The translations under genes were made by a program, and so were the position numbers. A stretch of DNA of 64,000 nucleotides, taken from contig OY829846.1 of NCBI GenBank assembly GCA_963691875.1, positions 1,856,001-1,920,000 of the forward strand, in the 5' to 3' direction. The notes below the pieces were generated by a model. The model was not told the DNA's origin. It searched no databases and was given only the letters and a program-made list of their open reading frames with translations. This document shows positions 1-11,406 of this stretch, piece after piece. Numbering within the stretch: the stretch's first letter is position 1; each line of letters begins with the position of its first letter. This DNA comes from Aureliella sp. (GTDB lineage Bacteria; Planctomycetota; Planctomycetia; Pirellulales; Pirellulaceae).

Positions 1-1147
1 AAGCGACTCGGGACAACTCCAGGGCAGTGGAAGTTTTAGAGTCATCCGCTGGAATAGGCTCCATGGCGCACTGGATTGCCGTCAAGTTATTGTTGAAGTC
101 ATGAGCGATGCCGCCTGCCAGAATTCCGAGCGAGTCGATTCTTTGTACCTGTTCCGCCTGCTTAGCCAGCTGTTTCTGATGGGTAACATCACTAAATACC
201 AGAACTATCTCAGCCTGAGCTACTTGGCGGGACTCCCCTAGGGTCCATCGCACATCTAACAATTTACCGTCACGTGACTGGATCACGGTATCGCTTGGTG
301 CATTGAGTTTAGCAAGCCGAAAAAAATCTTCGCGGTCAATCCTAGACGCGGGAACGAAAACGCTTGCGACATTTAGACCAATTGCCTCCTCGATTGGCCA
401 ACCGGTCAGCCGCGATGCCGAGGGGCTCATCAGCCTCACCGTTCCATTTTGATCAAAGCTGATCATTCCGTCCTGCATCGAGTTCAAGATCGATTCTAGA
501 CGATCGCGTTGCTGCAAAATGTCAGCGTTTGCCTGCTCGAGCTCGTGTGTCCTCGACGCAACGCGCTGTTCCAATTCTGAATTGAGCTTCGCTAGCTCGC
601 AGCTGATGCGTATCCGCTCTTGATCTGCCAGCGCAGAGCCAATCCTGGGAGCCGAGATATTGGCCATTGTCTGAAGTATCTCCAGATCGGCCTGCGAATA
701 GGCGTCAAGCTTCTTGGACTCGGTATCGAGCACCGCGATCACTCGCCCTTCGAAATTTACTGGCACAGTCAGCTCAGATAGCCCGGCATAAACATCAAAG
801 ATGTAGCGAGGATCTTGGCGAGTGTCTGAGATAAGCTCTGGAACGCCAGTACTGGCAACGTGGCCAACAATGCCGCTACCTACAGGGATCGAGATTGGTT
901 TATTTAGCGTCCCGTCCTCGTTACGTTTCAACCCGTATGCAGCCCTCTGCACCATAGCGTCGCCTTCGCGCAGATAGACTACCGAATCCTCAAAGCCAGG
1001 CATCTTTCCAATTGCGTCTGCAATATCCCATAGCAAATCGCCCAAGGTACTCCGACGCAAAAGGCTGATCGCAAGATCCTTAATGATATCGATTTCCGGA
1101 AGCTTCCGGCCAGCAATCGGTGTCTTTTTCGGGGAGCTTTCGAACAT
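1..1147 (-). CDS. GAF-PAS sensor histidine kinase (3' part runs off the window)
   Basis: Not in the ORF track. Manual translation from ATG 1147 gives MFESSPKK...; GAF (GSGIVGHVASTG...SELTVPV...VIAVLD), coiled coil, PAS (ILNSMQDGMISFD...LTGW), then H-box SLGILAGGIAHDFNNNL. Open to position 1. Confidence 0.9.
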   Translation of the reverse strand, partial: MFESSPKKTPIAGRKLPEIDIIKDLAISLLRRSTLGDLLWDIADAIGKMPGFEDSVVYLREGDAMVQRAAYGLKRNEDGTLNKPISIPVGSGIVGHVASTGVPELISDTRQDPRYIFDVYAGLSELTVPVNFEGRVIAVLDTESKKLDAYSQADLEILQTMANISAPRIGSALADQERIRISCELAKLNSELEQRVASRTHELEQANADILQQRDRLESILNSMQDGMISFDQNGTVRLMSPSASRLTGWPIEEAIGLNVASVFVPASRIDREDFFRLAKLNAPSDTVIQSRDGKLLDVRWTLGESRQVAQAEIVLVFSDVTHQKQLAKQAEQVQRIDSLGILAGGIAHDFNNNLTAIQCAMEPIPADDSKTSTALELSRVA

Positions 1148-1451
1148 ACAAAACTCAGGTTAATCGATGGGGAATCACTCTACAGTACTGATCGTCCCAA
1201 AAAGGAAACCCCAATTCCGACCAAGTATCCATTCTGACTGAGCGAAACGGAGACAAAATCGTGCAGACTCCCCTGAACAATAGCTAAGACGGAGTTCGGA
1301 AGAAATATGTGGAAACTATGTGGAACGCTTGGGAGTATGAGTTTGAGTAGGAAAGGCACGCAATGGCATCGTAGCCCACGCCATCGTTTAAAACTGCTGT
1401 CGCAAGGTTGATGCTGCGGGCATACTGCAAAATGACGGGGCGGGATTCGAT

Positions 1452-1457
1452 TATAAT
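1452..1457 (+). promoter_or_regulatory. possible -10 element (TATAAT) for the DUF1553/DUF1501 operon
   Basis: Perfect TATAAT ~60 nt upstream of the probable ATG at 1519; no convincing -35. Confidence 0.35.
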
Positions 1458-1518
1458 TGAGGCCTTCCAGAACCACCAAAGAGTCCTGCACTACCCGCCA
1501 AATTGCTTGGTCCTTCCC

Positions 1519-4500
1519 ATGGCCTCTCTACGTAACTACTGGCTCAAATCCCTTTTGACCGCGTGTTTGCTTGGCATCGTACCGTTGCACGCAATCGCAA
1601 AAGACAACGGCTCACATTCCAGCGCTGCTCTTTGGAACAAGATGAAGGATGTATTATCCGAGAAATGTTTTGCCTGCCATGGTCGGCTAAAGCAAGAAGC
1701 AGGTCTAAGACTCGAAACCCGAAATCTCATTCTGAACGGAGGAGAATCGGGCAAGACCGTGGACTTGGAAGCCCCCTTGGCAAGCTTACTTTGGCAGCGA
1801 GTTTCAGCCGAAGCAGACTCACGTATGCCGCCTGAAGGCGAAGGTTCAGCATTAACATCCGAAGAACTCGAATTACTCCGAAACTGGCTGCAGGCAGGAG
1901 CACCCGCTCCCGACGAACCGACGCCGCCAAGCCCGCTTGAACATTGGGCCTTCCAAACTCTTCAACGCCCAAACGCGAGCAGCATCGACGAACTATTGCA
2001 TCGCAAACATCTGCAATACGGACTTGAGACGAGTCCGCCAGCCGACCGAACTCTCGCGATTCGAAGAGTTTACCTCGATCTCGTTGGCTTGCCTCCGACA
2101 AGTGAGCAGCTTCAGGACGAGCGACCATGGGAAGAAATCGTCGACGAACTCCTCGCCCGTCCGCAGTACGGCGAACGATGGGGCAGGCATTGGATGGATG
2201 TCTGGAGATACAGCGACAACTATGGATTAAATGCACAACTGAGATACAGCCAGAAGCACATGTGGCATTGGCGCGACTGGATTGTGCAATCACTCAACGA
2301 CGACAAAGGCTACGATCGCATGCTGCTGGAGATGCTGGCTGGCGATGAACTCGAACCGCTGAACGACAAAGTGGTCGCTGGAACCGGTTTTCTGGCTAGA
2401 AATTACTACTTGTTCAACCGAACGACTTGGCTAGACGCAACCATTGAGCACACAGGCAAAGCCTTCCTGGGCTTAACGCTAAATTGCGCGAAATGCCACG
2501 ATCACAAATACGATCCGATTTCACAGCAAGACTACTATAACTTCCGCGCGATTTTCGAACCACATCAAGTGCGTCTGGATCCTGTGGCTGGGCAGCTAGA
2601 TTTCGAAAAAGACGGTTTGCCTAGAGTTTTCGATGACCATCTCGACGCCGAGACGTTCCTGCACATTCGCGGGGATGAGAAGAACCCAGATCACGATCTC
2701 GAGATACAAGCACTTGTGCCGGCATTGTTTTCCTCTTTTCAGCCCGCACCAAAGTCTATCGAACTTCCGCGTGAGGCATACTCACCAGGAATGCGTAACC
2801 ATGTGCAACAAGCAATTCTGGCAGCTGCGAAGGAGAACGTTGCCGAAGCCAGAGAAACCGTCAAGACTTCGAAGAGGAAGCTGGCAGCTAGTCTCACAAC
2901 TCAAGAGGACACTCCCGAAAAGATCGCAGCGCAACCCGCTTTTGAACTGACGGAGGACTTTGATGCGTCTAGCGAAAGCTGGACCTTGGTTGGTGAGGTC
3001 TGGAAGTTTGCGGATGGCAAACTGCTACAAACAGAGTCGAGTCGAGATACCCAGGCAGTGCGGCTTAACCGTTCGTTGCCACGCGATTTTGAGTTTGAGG
3101 CGGACTACGTCACAACCGGTGGAACCACCTACAAGTCGATTAGCTTTCAGTTTGATACTTCAGAGAATCACAAGCACCGTAACTTTGTTTACACCAGTGC
3201 TCATGCTCCTGGCCCTAAAGTTCAATTTGCCTTCGATCGTAATGGGAATTCATCTTATCCTGCGGACGGTCGCTCGCCACAAAAGATTGAGGTTGGTAAG
3301 CCAATCAAACTCCGCTTTGCCATACGCGATCGCTTGGCAAACGTCTGGCTCAATGGCAAATTCCTGTTGGCTTACGAGTATCCGAGTCGCGAAAACGGCA
3401 ACTTTGAAATTGCAACTTTTGATGCAACCGTCGCACTCGACCGAATTCAGCTTCGTGCCTTACCGAAAAACTTCGAACTACACCTGCCGAATGCTCGATC
3501 CACCCCCGCAGCCTCTTCCCCTAAAATTCAGTTAGAAATCGCAACGAGACACGTTGATGCCTGCGAGGCCGAACTGCGAGCACTTCAAGCAGTGGTTGCA
3601 GCCGACAACGAACAGAAGAAGATCGCGACGTCAGAAGAGCGTTTTGAGCAACTTGCTCGCAATGCCGTAGAGGCGCAGTTCGAAGCCAAACGGTTGCGAG
3701 CGGAGCATGATGTCCTTGCATTTCGTGCGAAGGACGCGAACAAGAGTCAGGCCGCGAGTAAATTGCTGGAACAATTAAGAAAGCAAGCCCCCAATGCTAT
3801 TCGCAATTTGGACTACCAAAGTGTCCGCGCCTCACGCAAAGCACTTGAGACGCCTGCACACAAAGAAACGGATTATCCGAACACGTATTCCGCAACAAGC
3901 ACCGGTCGGCGACTCTCATTAGCACGTTGGGTCGTCGATGAGCGGAATCCGCTCACCGCACGCGTTGCAGTGAACCATATTTGGATGCGGCATTTTGGAA
4001 CACCGCTCGTCGAATCGGTCTCCGATTTCGGCTTACGTGCCGCTGCCCCAGTGCATCAGGATATTTTAGACTTTTTGGCCTGCGAGTTGATCGATTCGGG
4101 CTGGAGTATGAAGCATCTCCATCGGGTTATTGTTGCATCCAAGGCCTACCAGCGATCTAGCCTTTCAGGCAGCCAGGAAAATCTCAAGACCGACCGCGAC
4201 AATAATTATCTCTGGCGAATGAATTCTCGCCGAATGGAATCTCAAGTACTCGGTGATAGCTTGTTGAGTTTGGGTGGCGAGCTCGATTTGACGATTGGTG
4301 GACCTTCCATCCCTGTTGGAACAAGCAAGCGAAGAAGCCTCTACTATCGCCACAGCCGCGATGATAAAGACAAATTCCTCTCGACATTTGATGACGCGGA
4401 TTTTTTGCAATGCTATCGACGCCAGGAAAGCGTTTTGCCACAACAAGCTTTGGCGCTCTCGAACAGCAAGTTGTCTCACGATGTGGCGAGCAAAATTGCA

Positions 4501-4734
4501 GCAAAACTGACAAGCACCTTTACGGACGATTCGTACGGAGATTTCACGAGGCGTGCTTTTGCCCTGCTTCTTGGACGCGAAGCAACTGCCGAGGAATTAT
4601 TGGAGTGCAACGGTTTTCAACAGGAGTTGAAAGAGCTTTACCAGGATCTGTCCGAAGCGGAATGCAATCAACGAATCCGCAACAAACTGGCGCATGCTTT
4701 GCTCAACCACAATGATTTTGTTTCGATACGTTAA
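1519..4734 (+). CDS. planctomycete cytochrome c (PSCyt1) + DUF1549 + DUF1553 (PSD1) protein with inserted concanavalin-like beta-sandwich
   Basis: Signal peptide; CFACH and CAKCH haem motifs; [50 protein letters not shown] track starts at 1408 (TTG); ATG 1519 fits the signal peptide better. Confidence 0.9.
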   Translation: MASLRNYWLKSLLTACLLGIVPLHAIAKDNGSHSSAALWNKMKDVLSEKCFACHGRLKQEAGLRLETRNLILNGGESGKTVDLEAPLASLLWQRVSAEADSRMPPEGEGSALTSEELELLRNWLQAGAPAPDEPTPPSPLEHWAFQTLQRPNASSIDELLHRKHLQYGLETSPPADRTLAIRRVYLDLVGLPPTSEQLQDERPWEEIVDELLARPQYGERWGRHWMDVWRYSDNYGLNAQLRYSQKHMWHWRDWIVQSLNDDKGYDRMLLEMLAGDELEPLNDKVVAGTGFLARNYYLFNRTTWLDATIEHTGKAFLGLTLNCAKCHDHKYDPISQQDYYNFRAIFEPHQVRLDPVAGQLDFEKDGLPRVFDDHLDAETFLHIRGDEKNPDHDLEIQALVPALFSSFQPAPKSIELPREAYSPGMRNHVQQAILAAAKENVAEARETVKTSKRKLAASLTTQEDTPEKIAAQPAFELTEDFDASSESWTLVGEVWKFADGKLLQTESSRDTQAVRLNRSLPRDFEFEADYVTTGGTTYKSISFQFDTSENHKHRNFVYTSAHAPGPKVQFAFDRNGNSSYPADGRSPQKIEVGKPIKLRFAIRDRLANVWLNGKFLLAYEYPSRENGNFEIATFDATVALDRIQLRALPKNFELHLPNARSTPAASSPKIQLEIATRHVDACEAELRALQAVVAADNEQKKIATSEERFEQLARNAVEAQFEAKRLRAEHDVLAFRAKDANKSQAASKLLEQLRKQAPNAIRNLDYQSVRASRKALETPAHKETDYPNTYSATSTGRRLSLARWVVDERNPLTARVAVNHIWMRHFGTPLVESVSDFGLRAAAPVHQDILDFLACELIDSGWSMKHLHRVIVASKAYQRSSLSGSQENLKTDRDNNYLWRMNSRRMESQVLGDSLLSLGGELDLTIGGPSIPVGTSKRRSLYYRHSRDDKDKFLSTFDDADFLQCYRRQESVLPQQALALSNSKLSHDVASKIAAKLTSTFTDDSYGDFTRRAFALLLGREATAEELLECNGFQQELKELYQDLSEAECNQRIRNKLAHALLNHNDFVSIR

Positions 4735-4760
4735 CCCCCATTGTTCTAAGGCAAGAGAAC

Positions 4761-6185
4761 GTGCATTCGATAGACCGAAGAAAGTTGTTAACTCAGTCTG
4801 GTCTAGGTTTTGGGTCTTTGGCGTTAAGCGCGATGTTGCAGCGTGAGACGATGGCGGAATCGGAGAAGCCATCGGGACTCCCAGACTTTGCCCCCAAGGC
4901 CAAGAGCGTTATTTGGCTTTTTATGCGTGGCGGCGTGAGCCACATGGAGAGTTTTGATCCCAAGCCGACGTTGAATAAGTACGCAGGGAAGTCGATTCCA
5001 GAGACTCCATTTGCGAAAGTGCAAGATCCGAAATTGCTGGACCGAGTACGTGTTGTGGTGGTCAACGACGCAAACGGCCAAGAACGCAACAAGCTTTTTC
5101 CACTCCAAGTCGGTTTTCGGCCGCGTGGGCAAAGCGGTATCGAAGTAAGCAATTGGTTTCCACACATCGGGTCGTGTGTTGACGATCTTGCGATTGTTCG
5201 GTCGATGTGGACCACCGACGACAACCATGGAGCGCAAGTACAGTTTCACTCCGGTCGCCACATGCTCGATCCCCGTGCACCAACGATAGGCGCTTGGGTA
5301 AACTTTGGACTGGGTACGCTTAATGAGAATCTGCCTCAGTTCATAAGTATGGGACCGCGATTTTTTGACCGTGGTGATGGGCACTACCTGGGGCCATCCT
5401 ACGATGCCGTCCCACTCAAGATTGATCCGAAAAATCCGCTCGACTACGCTCAGCCAGAAGTCACGCTTCGAGCTGGTGAACAAGCCGCCGAATTCAAGCT
5501 GCTCGGCAAACTCAATCGCCTCACCCAATTTCAATATCCCACCGATCCGCAACTTGAAGCCAGGATTCAGTCCTACGAGCTCGCCTATCGGATGCAAACT
5601 TCTGTGCCCGACATCATCCGCTTTCAAGACGAGTCCGCGAGTACGCAGCGTCTGTACGGCCTAGATCAAAAAGAGACCAGGGCCTTCGGGGAACAACTTT
5701 TAGCCGCTCGGCGATTTGTGGAAAAAGGAGTTCGCTTTGTCCAGATTATGCATGGCGGTGGAGCAGCCGGGGCTTGGGATCAGCACTCGGGGCTTCGTAA
5801 GAAGCATCCTGAGTTGGCCATGCAAGTCGACAGACCAGTCGCCGGACTACTTCGAGATCTGAAGCAACGCGGATTGTTCGATGAAACGATTGTAGTCTTC
5901 GCGACTGAGTTTGGTCGCACGCCAGGCTCACAAGGAGCAGACGGGCGCGATCACCATCCACACGGCTTTAGTATTTGGATGGCTGGCGGCGGATTGAAAG
6001 GCGGAATTGCCCATGGAGCCACCGACGAAATTGGCTATCACGCTGTTGAGGACGCGCACTACGTGACCGACGTTCACGCGACCCTGCTACATCAACTTGG
6101 GCTGAACGCCCGCAAGCTACATATCGACGGCCACAAGCGACTCGAGATCGACTACGGCAACCCCATCCACCAAATCATCGCCTAA
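4761..6185 (+). CDS. DUF1501 family protein (Tat signal)
   Basis: DRRKLL twin-arginine; [40 protein letters not shown]. Confidence 0.92.
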   Translation: MHSIDRRKLLTQSGLGFGSLALSAMLQRETMAESEKPSGLPDFAPKAKSVIWLFMRGGVSHMESFDPKPTLNKYAGKSIPETPFAKVQDPKLLDRVRVVVVNDANGQERNKLFPLQVGFRPRGQSGIEVSNWFPHIGSCVDDLAIVRSMWTTDDNHGAQVQFHSGRHMLDPRAPTIGAWVNFGLGTLNENLPQFISMGPRFFDRGDGHYLGPSYDAVPLKIDPKNPLDYAQPEVTLRAGEQAAEFKLLGKLNRLTQFQYPTDPQLEARIQSYELAYRMQTSVPDIIRFQDESASTQRLYGLDQKETRAFGEQLLAARRFVEKGVRFVQIMHGGGAAGAWDQHSGLRKKHPELAMQVDRPVAGLLRDLKQRGLFDETIVVFATEFGRTPGSQGADGRDHHPHGFSIWMAGGGLKGGIAHGATDEIGYHAVEDAHYVTDVHATLLHQLGLNARKLHIDGHKRLEIDYGNPIHQIIA

Positions 6186-6224
6186 ACCTCAACGGATCGT
6201 CGAGCCTGCAGCAGCCTCCCTCTC

Positions 6225-6884
6225 CTACCCAACTCCTTGAGCAACCCGTTTTGTCAGCTTGGGCTCATCTTCCAAAACTCTGGCCGATATCAGCCGCCCT
6301 ACACTTCCACCGTCGACGTAGCGAACAAAGATACCAGTTTGATCGCGAGCAAGCTCAAACTCTTGTGAGCTAACAACAGGCGGATCTGCGCAGTCGTCGC
6401 CTGTTTGCAGATCAATCCGAACTCGGGCTACGCCCTGTTGTTTGTCCACGCAGCCCAAGATCTTGCACGGTCGTCCTTGGGTTCCCCAGTCCACATGTTG
6501 CCGGGGTCTCAACGCGATAGCGCCCTCATATCCCTCGTTATATTGGGCATCTACTAACTTTCGCAACGCCGCTGTTCTTTCAGCACTCAAGACTTGCGAG
6601 AACGCGAAAACTCCTTGCCATTCCTCCGCCTGTTCTTCCGTGAAGTCGATGCCATCCACGCCAATCGCGCGGTATTCAACCTGCATCGTGGGCTTGTCGC
6701 TTTCGGCCAGTTCTTGAGACAAATGTTCAAATTCAGCGTTACCTTCCTTCATGTCGCGAACGATCAAAGATAAAGTCGGAGCGTGGGGCTTGATGATATT
6801 TGAGTAGCATATCGTTGTTATCGTATCCGAAAGCTCTTCAAGAGCTGCCCGCGCCTCTTCCTTTGCTTCTAAGGTCTTACCCAA
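6225..6884 (-). CDS. hypothetical protein, possibly the 3' part of a disrupted gene
   Basis: 219-aa ORF with protein-like composition and no recognised family; TTG start lies just after an in-frame stop. Confidence 0.45.
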   Translation of the reverse strand: MGKTLEAKEEARAALEELSDTITTICYSNIIKPHAPTLSLIVRDMKEGNAEFEHLSQELAESDKPTMQVEYRAIGVDGIDFTEEQAEEWQGVFAFSQVLSAERTAALRKLVDAQYNEGYEGAIALRPRQHVDWGTQGRPCKILGCVDKQQGVARVRIDLQTGDDCADPPVVSSQEFELARDQTGIFVRYVDGGSVGRLISARVLEDEPKLTKRVAQGVG

Positions 6885-7290
6885 GGGACGACTTAAGGCG
6901 GACTTAGCAACCTAATTTCCAACTTTGTAGACTCTTACCATGGCAGCTCTTCATCTAGGCATCGGGAACAGATCACCAAGCCAAATAACAGAAATAGCGT
7001 CGTTCTCACTATCAGTTTGCTCCATGAGCTGAACTGCGGGTCGTCTGCGGCCTGCCTTCCAGCATGAGTCACATGTAGCAAGTTTCCCGCGCCCCGATAC
7101 CACCAGTCCGATTCGACTAGAGGCTAGCAAAAGCAGCTTGGCGTAGGGCAGCAATTCTTGTTTGTGCTGCAGTGTGGCCCTTAGCACTCTCTTGTTTTCG
7201 CATAGTGCCCCGGACATCCGGACAGCTAAAGCCTGGCCTCGCCCCCGACGTGGATGGCGTCGGGCGCGACTCAAGCAGTTTACGAAAACC

Positions 7291-8364
7291 CTAAAGGGCG
7301 GCGAGAACTAAATCAGCGATGGCAACCGTGCCGAGCGACTCTTCACCAGAGCTGGCGAGGTCTGCGGTGCGTGCGCCACCAGCCAACACTTTTTTCACGG
7401 CAGCCTCAATACACTTCGCTTCTTGCTCCAGACCTACTGAATGCCGTAGCATCATTGCAGCAGCCAGGATCGTTGCCAGCGGATTCGCAATTCCTTTGCC
7501 AGCGATGTCGGGTGCACTTCCGTGAATTGGCTCGTACAGTCCTGGACCGCTACTGCCGATCGATGCGCTGGGAAGCATGCCCAGTGACCCAGGCAACATT
7601 GACGCCTCGTCGGTCAGAATATCGCCAAACATATTGCTAGTGACCACAACGTCGAAGCTGGTGGGCCGGCTAATGAGATGCATAGCCATAGCGTCGACGA
7701 GCACGACTTCGTAGTCGAGATCCTGATACTCGTTTTCGACCAACTCCGCACACACACGCCGCCACAGTCGACTTGCTTCGAGCACGTTTGCCTTGTCGAC
7801 CATCGTCAACCTGCCACGACGGTTCCGAGCGGCTTCAGCTGCTAGCCGAAAAATCCGACGAATCTCCTCGCTCTCGTAAACCATCGTGCTTTCCGCACGC
7901 TGGTTCCCGCCTCCGAGATCCTCGCAGTTCGAGGGGCCAAAGTAGATACCGCCCGTCAATTCACGAAAAAACAGGATGTCTGTGCCTTCCAGCACCTCTC
8001 GCTTGATCGGAGAAGCGTCTAGCAACTCGGCGAAAGGAATAATCGGTCGTAAGTTAGCAAACAGCCCTAGCTGTTTACGAATGGCCAGCAATCCAGCTTC
8101 AGGGCGTGTTTTCGCATTTGGGTCATCCCACTTCGGTCCGCCGACTGCACCGAGCAAGATGGCTTGACTCGCTTTACAGGCGTCGACTGTCGCTTGAGGT
8201 AGTGCTTCGCCGGTTTGGTCGATAGCGATGCCGCCGAGTAAACACTCTTCGAAGGCAAACTGATGCGAAAACTTCTCAGCAACCTTTTCCAGGACACGTT
8301 TGGCTTGTGAGACAATTTCTGGGCCGATGCCATCACCGGGCAGAAGAACAAAGCGGGCTTCCAA
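7291..8364 (-). CDS. leuB: 3-isopropylmalate dehydrogenase
   Basis: [66 protein letters not shown]. Confidence 0.97.
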   Translation of the reverse strand: MEARFVLLPGDGIGPEIVSQAKRVLEKVAEKFSHQFAFEECLLGGIAIDQTGEALPQATVDACKASQAILLGAVGGPKWDDPNAKTRPEAGLLAIRKQLGLFANLRPIIPFAELLDASPIKREVLEGTDILFFRELTGGIYFGPSNCEDLGGGNQRAESTMVYESEEIRRIFRLAAEAARNRRGRLTMVDKANVLEASRLWRRVCAELVENEYQDLDYEVVLVDAMAMHLISRPTSFDVVVTSNMFGDILTDEASMLPGSLGMLPSASIGSSGPGLYEPIHGSAPDIAGKGIANPLATILAAAMMLRHSVGLEQEAKCIEAAVKKVLAGGARTADLASSGEESLGTVAIADLVLAAL

Positions 8365-8441
8365 GGTATTTTTCCGTGGTTGAATGAGAGGGCAAACTGC
8401 GGCCCCTGGAAGAGGAGCCGCTGATGAATGGATGCGACGAG

Positions 8442-9269
8442 CTACTTCGCGGCATCACTCTTTTGAAGTGAGCGTTTTGGCTTGGGAGTGATCGGAACTT
8501 CCTTATCGCCTTTGCGGAGGAAAGGATCGCGAACCTGTTCGCCCTGAATCGGATTTAGCGGACGCACCCACATGTTCCGAAAGCGAACTGGATTGCCGTG
8601 GTCCTGTAGGCTGATTGGTCCCGCCTCACCATGCTTATTGTATTGTGGTGGTCGATTGAATGGCGTATCGCCTAACAGCTCAAAGTGGTTCAATACAAGA
8701 ACACCATTGTGCAACGCAGTAATATAGGCAGGAGACTTGAGTGAACCATCTCCGTTGAAACGAGGCGCCGTCCACATGATGTCATAGGTGTTCCATTCCC
8801 CCGGCTTGCGCATGGCATTGACCATCGGAGGTGTCTGCTTGTAGATAGCAGCCGCTTGACCGTCAAAGTAAGTCTTGTTTTCATAGGAGTCGAGGATCTG
8901 CATCTCGTAGATACCCATCATAAAGATGCCACTATTACCACGCCCCTGTCCACTGCCCTTGACTTCGACTGGCGAAGACCATTCGAGGTGGATTTGGCAA
9001 TCGCCAAACTGTTCGTTGCAAGTTATCTTGCCTTTGCCGGCGTACACAACTCCTTCCTTCACCGTCCAACGCTCACCGTTCTTCCAGTTCTTCAAATCCT
9101 TGCCATTAAATAGCTGGACCGCATCCGAAGGAGCTTCTACGTTGACAGCTCCTGGAGTCACAACTGGTGGTTCAGCCCACTTGATACCAGTCAAGTATTC
9201 GTCGGCATTGGCGTTAATGGCAGCTGCCAACAGAAAGCAGGCTGCAAAGACAGGGAAGAGTTGTCTCAT
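8442..9269 (-). CDS. DUF1080 (3-keto-disaccharide hydrolase family) secreted protein
   Basis: Signal peptide; [51 protein letters not shown]. Confidence 0.92.
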   Translation of the reverse strand: MRQLFPVFAACFLLAAAINANADEYLTGIKWAEPPVVTPGAVNVEAPSDAVQLFNGKDLKNWKNGERWTVKEGVVYAGKGKITCNEQFGDCQIHLEWSSPVEVKGSGQGRGNSGIFMMGIYEMQILDSYENKTYFDGQAAAIYKQTPPMVNAMRKPGEWNTYDIMWTAPRFNGDGSLKSPAYITALHNGVLVLNHFELLGDTPFNRPPQYNKHGEAGPISLQDHGNPVRFRNMWVRPLNPIQGEQVRDPFLRKGDKEVPITPKPKRSLQKSDAAK

Positions 9270-9451
9270 AATAGGTCCTCACGTTGGGTACACAGGAAGG
9301 AAGGCTCGACACTGGCTTAGGATTGCACAAATTGGTACACTGGTGTTGCGCCTTTTAATGCACCAAGCCAAAAGTGAATCGACGCCTCATTTTACTGCGT
9401 ACTTCGGGATTGCGTAGCGGCCCGTGAAAACAACTCATCGAAAACCGCTAC

Positions 9452-9460
9452 TGGTAGAAT
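9452..9460 (+). promoter_or_regulatory. extended -10 promoter (TGGTAGAAT) upstream of the small ORF
   Basis: TGn-TAGAAT ~60 nt upstream of ATG 9521. Confidence 0.4.
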
Positions 9461-9520
9461 TTGCAGCCTTGCTCCCGGTTGTTCATTCGACGAGTCCCAT
9501 CCGACGACAGAAGATAATGG

Positions 9521-9688
9521 ATGCCCCACAATCCATACGAACCGCCTGACGACTCAGATTCGGTTGCGAAGTCACAGGATCAGAGCGATTGGGCTGGCAA
9601 GATGATCATCTATGCCCATGTTGCGATATTGCTGCTTATGCTAACGGTCGTTGTCATGGGAGTCTTGCGATTGGGATTCTTGGGTTAG
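9521..9688 (+). CDS. 55-aa single-pass membrane microprotein with NPYxPP motif
   Basis: MPHNPYEPPDDSDSVAKSQDQSDWAGKMIIYAHVAILLLMLTVVVMGVLRLGFLG*; below the ORF-track cutoff; one clear hydrophobic helix. Confidence 0.7.
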   Translation: MPHNPYEPPDDSDSVAKSQDQSDWAGKMIIYAHVAILLLMLTVVVMGVLRLGFLG

Positions 9689-9842
9689 AAGCGCAAAGCC
9701 TTGTTGCTCCCCACTAGTGTCAGCATAACCAGGAGCTCGTTAAAATTGGTCACACTTACAAAGATTAAAGGTCGGACTGAGCCGATTGGGAATGCCCCAA
9801 AGTTTTAACGAATACGCGACGAAATGCCTTCGATAAGCACTA

Positions 9843-11330
9843 TCATTGCGGTGGAATGTAGTTCAGCGTGTAGTAAGCCGCTTCGTGAAGAAGTGGATTT
9901 CCGTCCGCCGATCGAATGCCTCGGCTATGCAGTTCGTGGACGTGACCTTCCTGCAAGCCATCGACATAAAGCCTCACTCTCCTGCCATCTGCCGATGCTA
10001 CGGCTTTGGTAATCGTGGGCTCAGTGTGATCCACCTCGGGGCTACCATAGGAAGATTGATAGATGTAGGTGTATGTCTTCATCTCGTAGGACTCTAGAGA
10101 CTCGAGGCTACTGCGATCTGCTGGCAACGTAAGCGTGAGTTCGAAGCCGTCTGGCTTGGCCCGCATTTCATGGATCTCAAATGGAACCTTCCCCGTCCAG
10201 TCGACGCGCTCGACGGCAAACGGCTTCCGACCCACCGAGCCCCAACCGCGATTGGTACCGCCGACGAACAGCTTGCCATCCCCGGTGAGCTCTAGCCCAA
10301 GAGAACCGCTGCCGAATCCTTTGATGAAGGGAAAACATGCTCCTTGGTAGTGGCCTTCAACCTTTTCCAAGCAGCATCGCATCACGGTGCTTGCCGACTG
10401 GTCGGTGACGAAGAGTTGATTCTGAAAAGGACCAAACTTGCCGCCGGTTGTGTCGCAAGTAATCCCTGCCGCCGATTTGCCCATTTTGTTGTAAGGGAAG
10501 AAGATCGCAGTGGGCTCGAGCTTTGGCAGCTTCTTAGCCTCAACCATCATGCGACTACCGCTTTGTGGCTCTTCAGGACGCGGACCAATCGCGGACTCAG
10601 CCAAGTCATACCACTTGAACCCGCCGGGATGCCCCATAAACTTTCCGGGCACCAAGTGCTTCAAGCCGCAGGTGCCATTCCATGGACCTTGGTTGTCCGT
10701 GTAGAAAATGTCGCCCAAGTGGTTCGCCCCGATGCCACCCGGTGATCGAATGCCACTGCAGGTCGGCACAAGCTCACCTTCGCCAGTAACGCGAACGCAC
10801 CAACCGCGATAAGGCACGTTGCTGCCAAAGGAACCGGTCAAGCAAAGGACAACCCAAATATCCCCATTCTTGTCGAACTTGGAGCCAAAAGCATACTCGT
10901 GGTAGTCGCCGCAGATCTCCCAGCCATCGTTGACGATCTCGAATTCATCGGCAACTCCGTCGCCGTCAGTGTCACGCAGCTTGGAAACATCACTGCGTTG
11001 GGTCACGTACAGCCATCCGTCTTTCTCGGCCATCGTGAGCGTCTCGTGCAGGCCATGCGCGAAACGTTTGAATTGCGAAGCCTTGACTTCCTTGGCATAA
11101 GGATCGGTGATCATCCAAACTTCGCCGCGCCGCGAGCAAACCGCCATCTTTCCGTCGGGCATTTGCTGAAAACCACTGGCCTCTAGAACGACACCCTCGG
11201 GAATTTCGAATCGAGTGATCGGATAGTAGTCTGCTTCAGTAGGCTGCGCCGGAGCGAACTTGGCTGTCACCAACAGAATGAAACTGACCAGTCCGATGCG
11301 ACGCAGGTGCGATTGGTTTGAGAGCAGCAT
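9843..11330 (-). CDS. secreted beta-propeller protein resembling the PVC-type membrane-bound/glucose-sorbosone dehydrogenase domain
   Basis: Signal peptide; [52 protein letters not shown]. Confidence 0.75.
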   Translation of the reverse strand: MLLSNQSHLRRIGLVSFILLVTAKFAPAQPTEADYYPITRFEIPEGVVLEASGFQQMPDGKMAVCSRRGEVWMITDPYAKEVKASQFKRFAHGLHETLTMAEKDGWLYVTQRSDVSKLRDTDGDGVADEFEIVNDGWEICGDYHEYAFGSKFDKNGDIWVVLCLTGSFGSNVPYRGWCVRVTGEGELVPTCSGIRSPGGIGANHLGDIFYTDNQGPWNGTCGLKHLVPGKFMGHPGGFKWYDLAESAIGPRPEEPQSGSRMMVEAKKLPKLEPTAIFFPYNKMGKSAAGITCDTTGGKFGPFQNQLFVTDQSASTVMRCCLEKVEGHYQGACFPFIKGFGSGSLGLELTGDGKLFVGGTNRGWGSVGRKPFAVERVDWTGKVPFEIHEMRAKPDGFELTLTLPADRSSLESLESYEMKTYTYIYQSSYGSPEVDHTEPTITKAVASADGRRVRLYVDGLQEGHVHELHSRGIRSADGNPLLHEAAYYTLNYIPPQ

Positions 11331-11406
11331 GGGATCTTCGTGAATAGGAATCGATGGGTGTATTTGGGATGGGGGCTAAAGCCTGAACTCCAGCCGGTCG
11401 TGCTTG

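Noticed and set aside
1180..1491. 103-aa minus-strand ORF between the kinase and PSD1 genes
   Set aside because: Atypical composition; occupies a divergent promoter region.
4824..5627. 267-aa antisense ORF (similar cases: 24568-25350, 33140-34093, 20031-20777, 49898-50530)
   Set aside because: These are shadow ORFs opposite well-supported genes or pseudogenes, with no motifs of their own.
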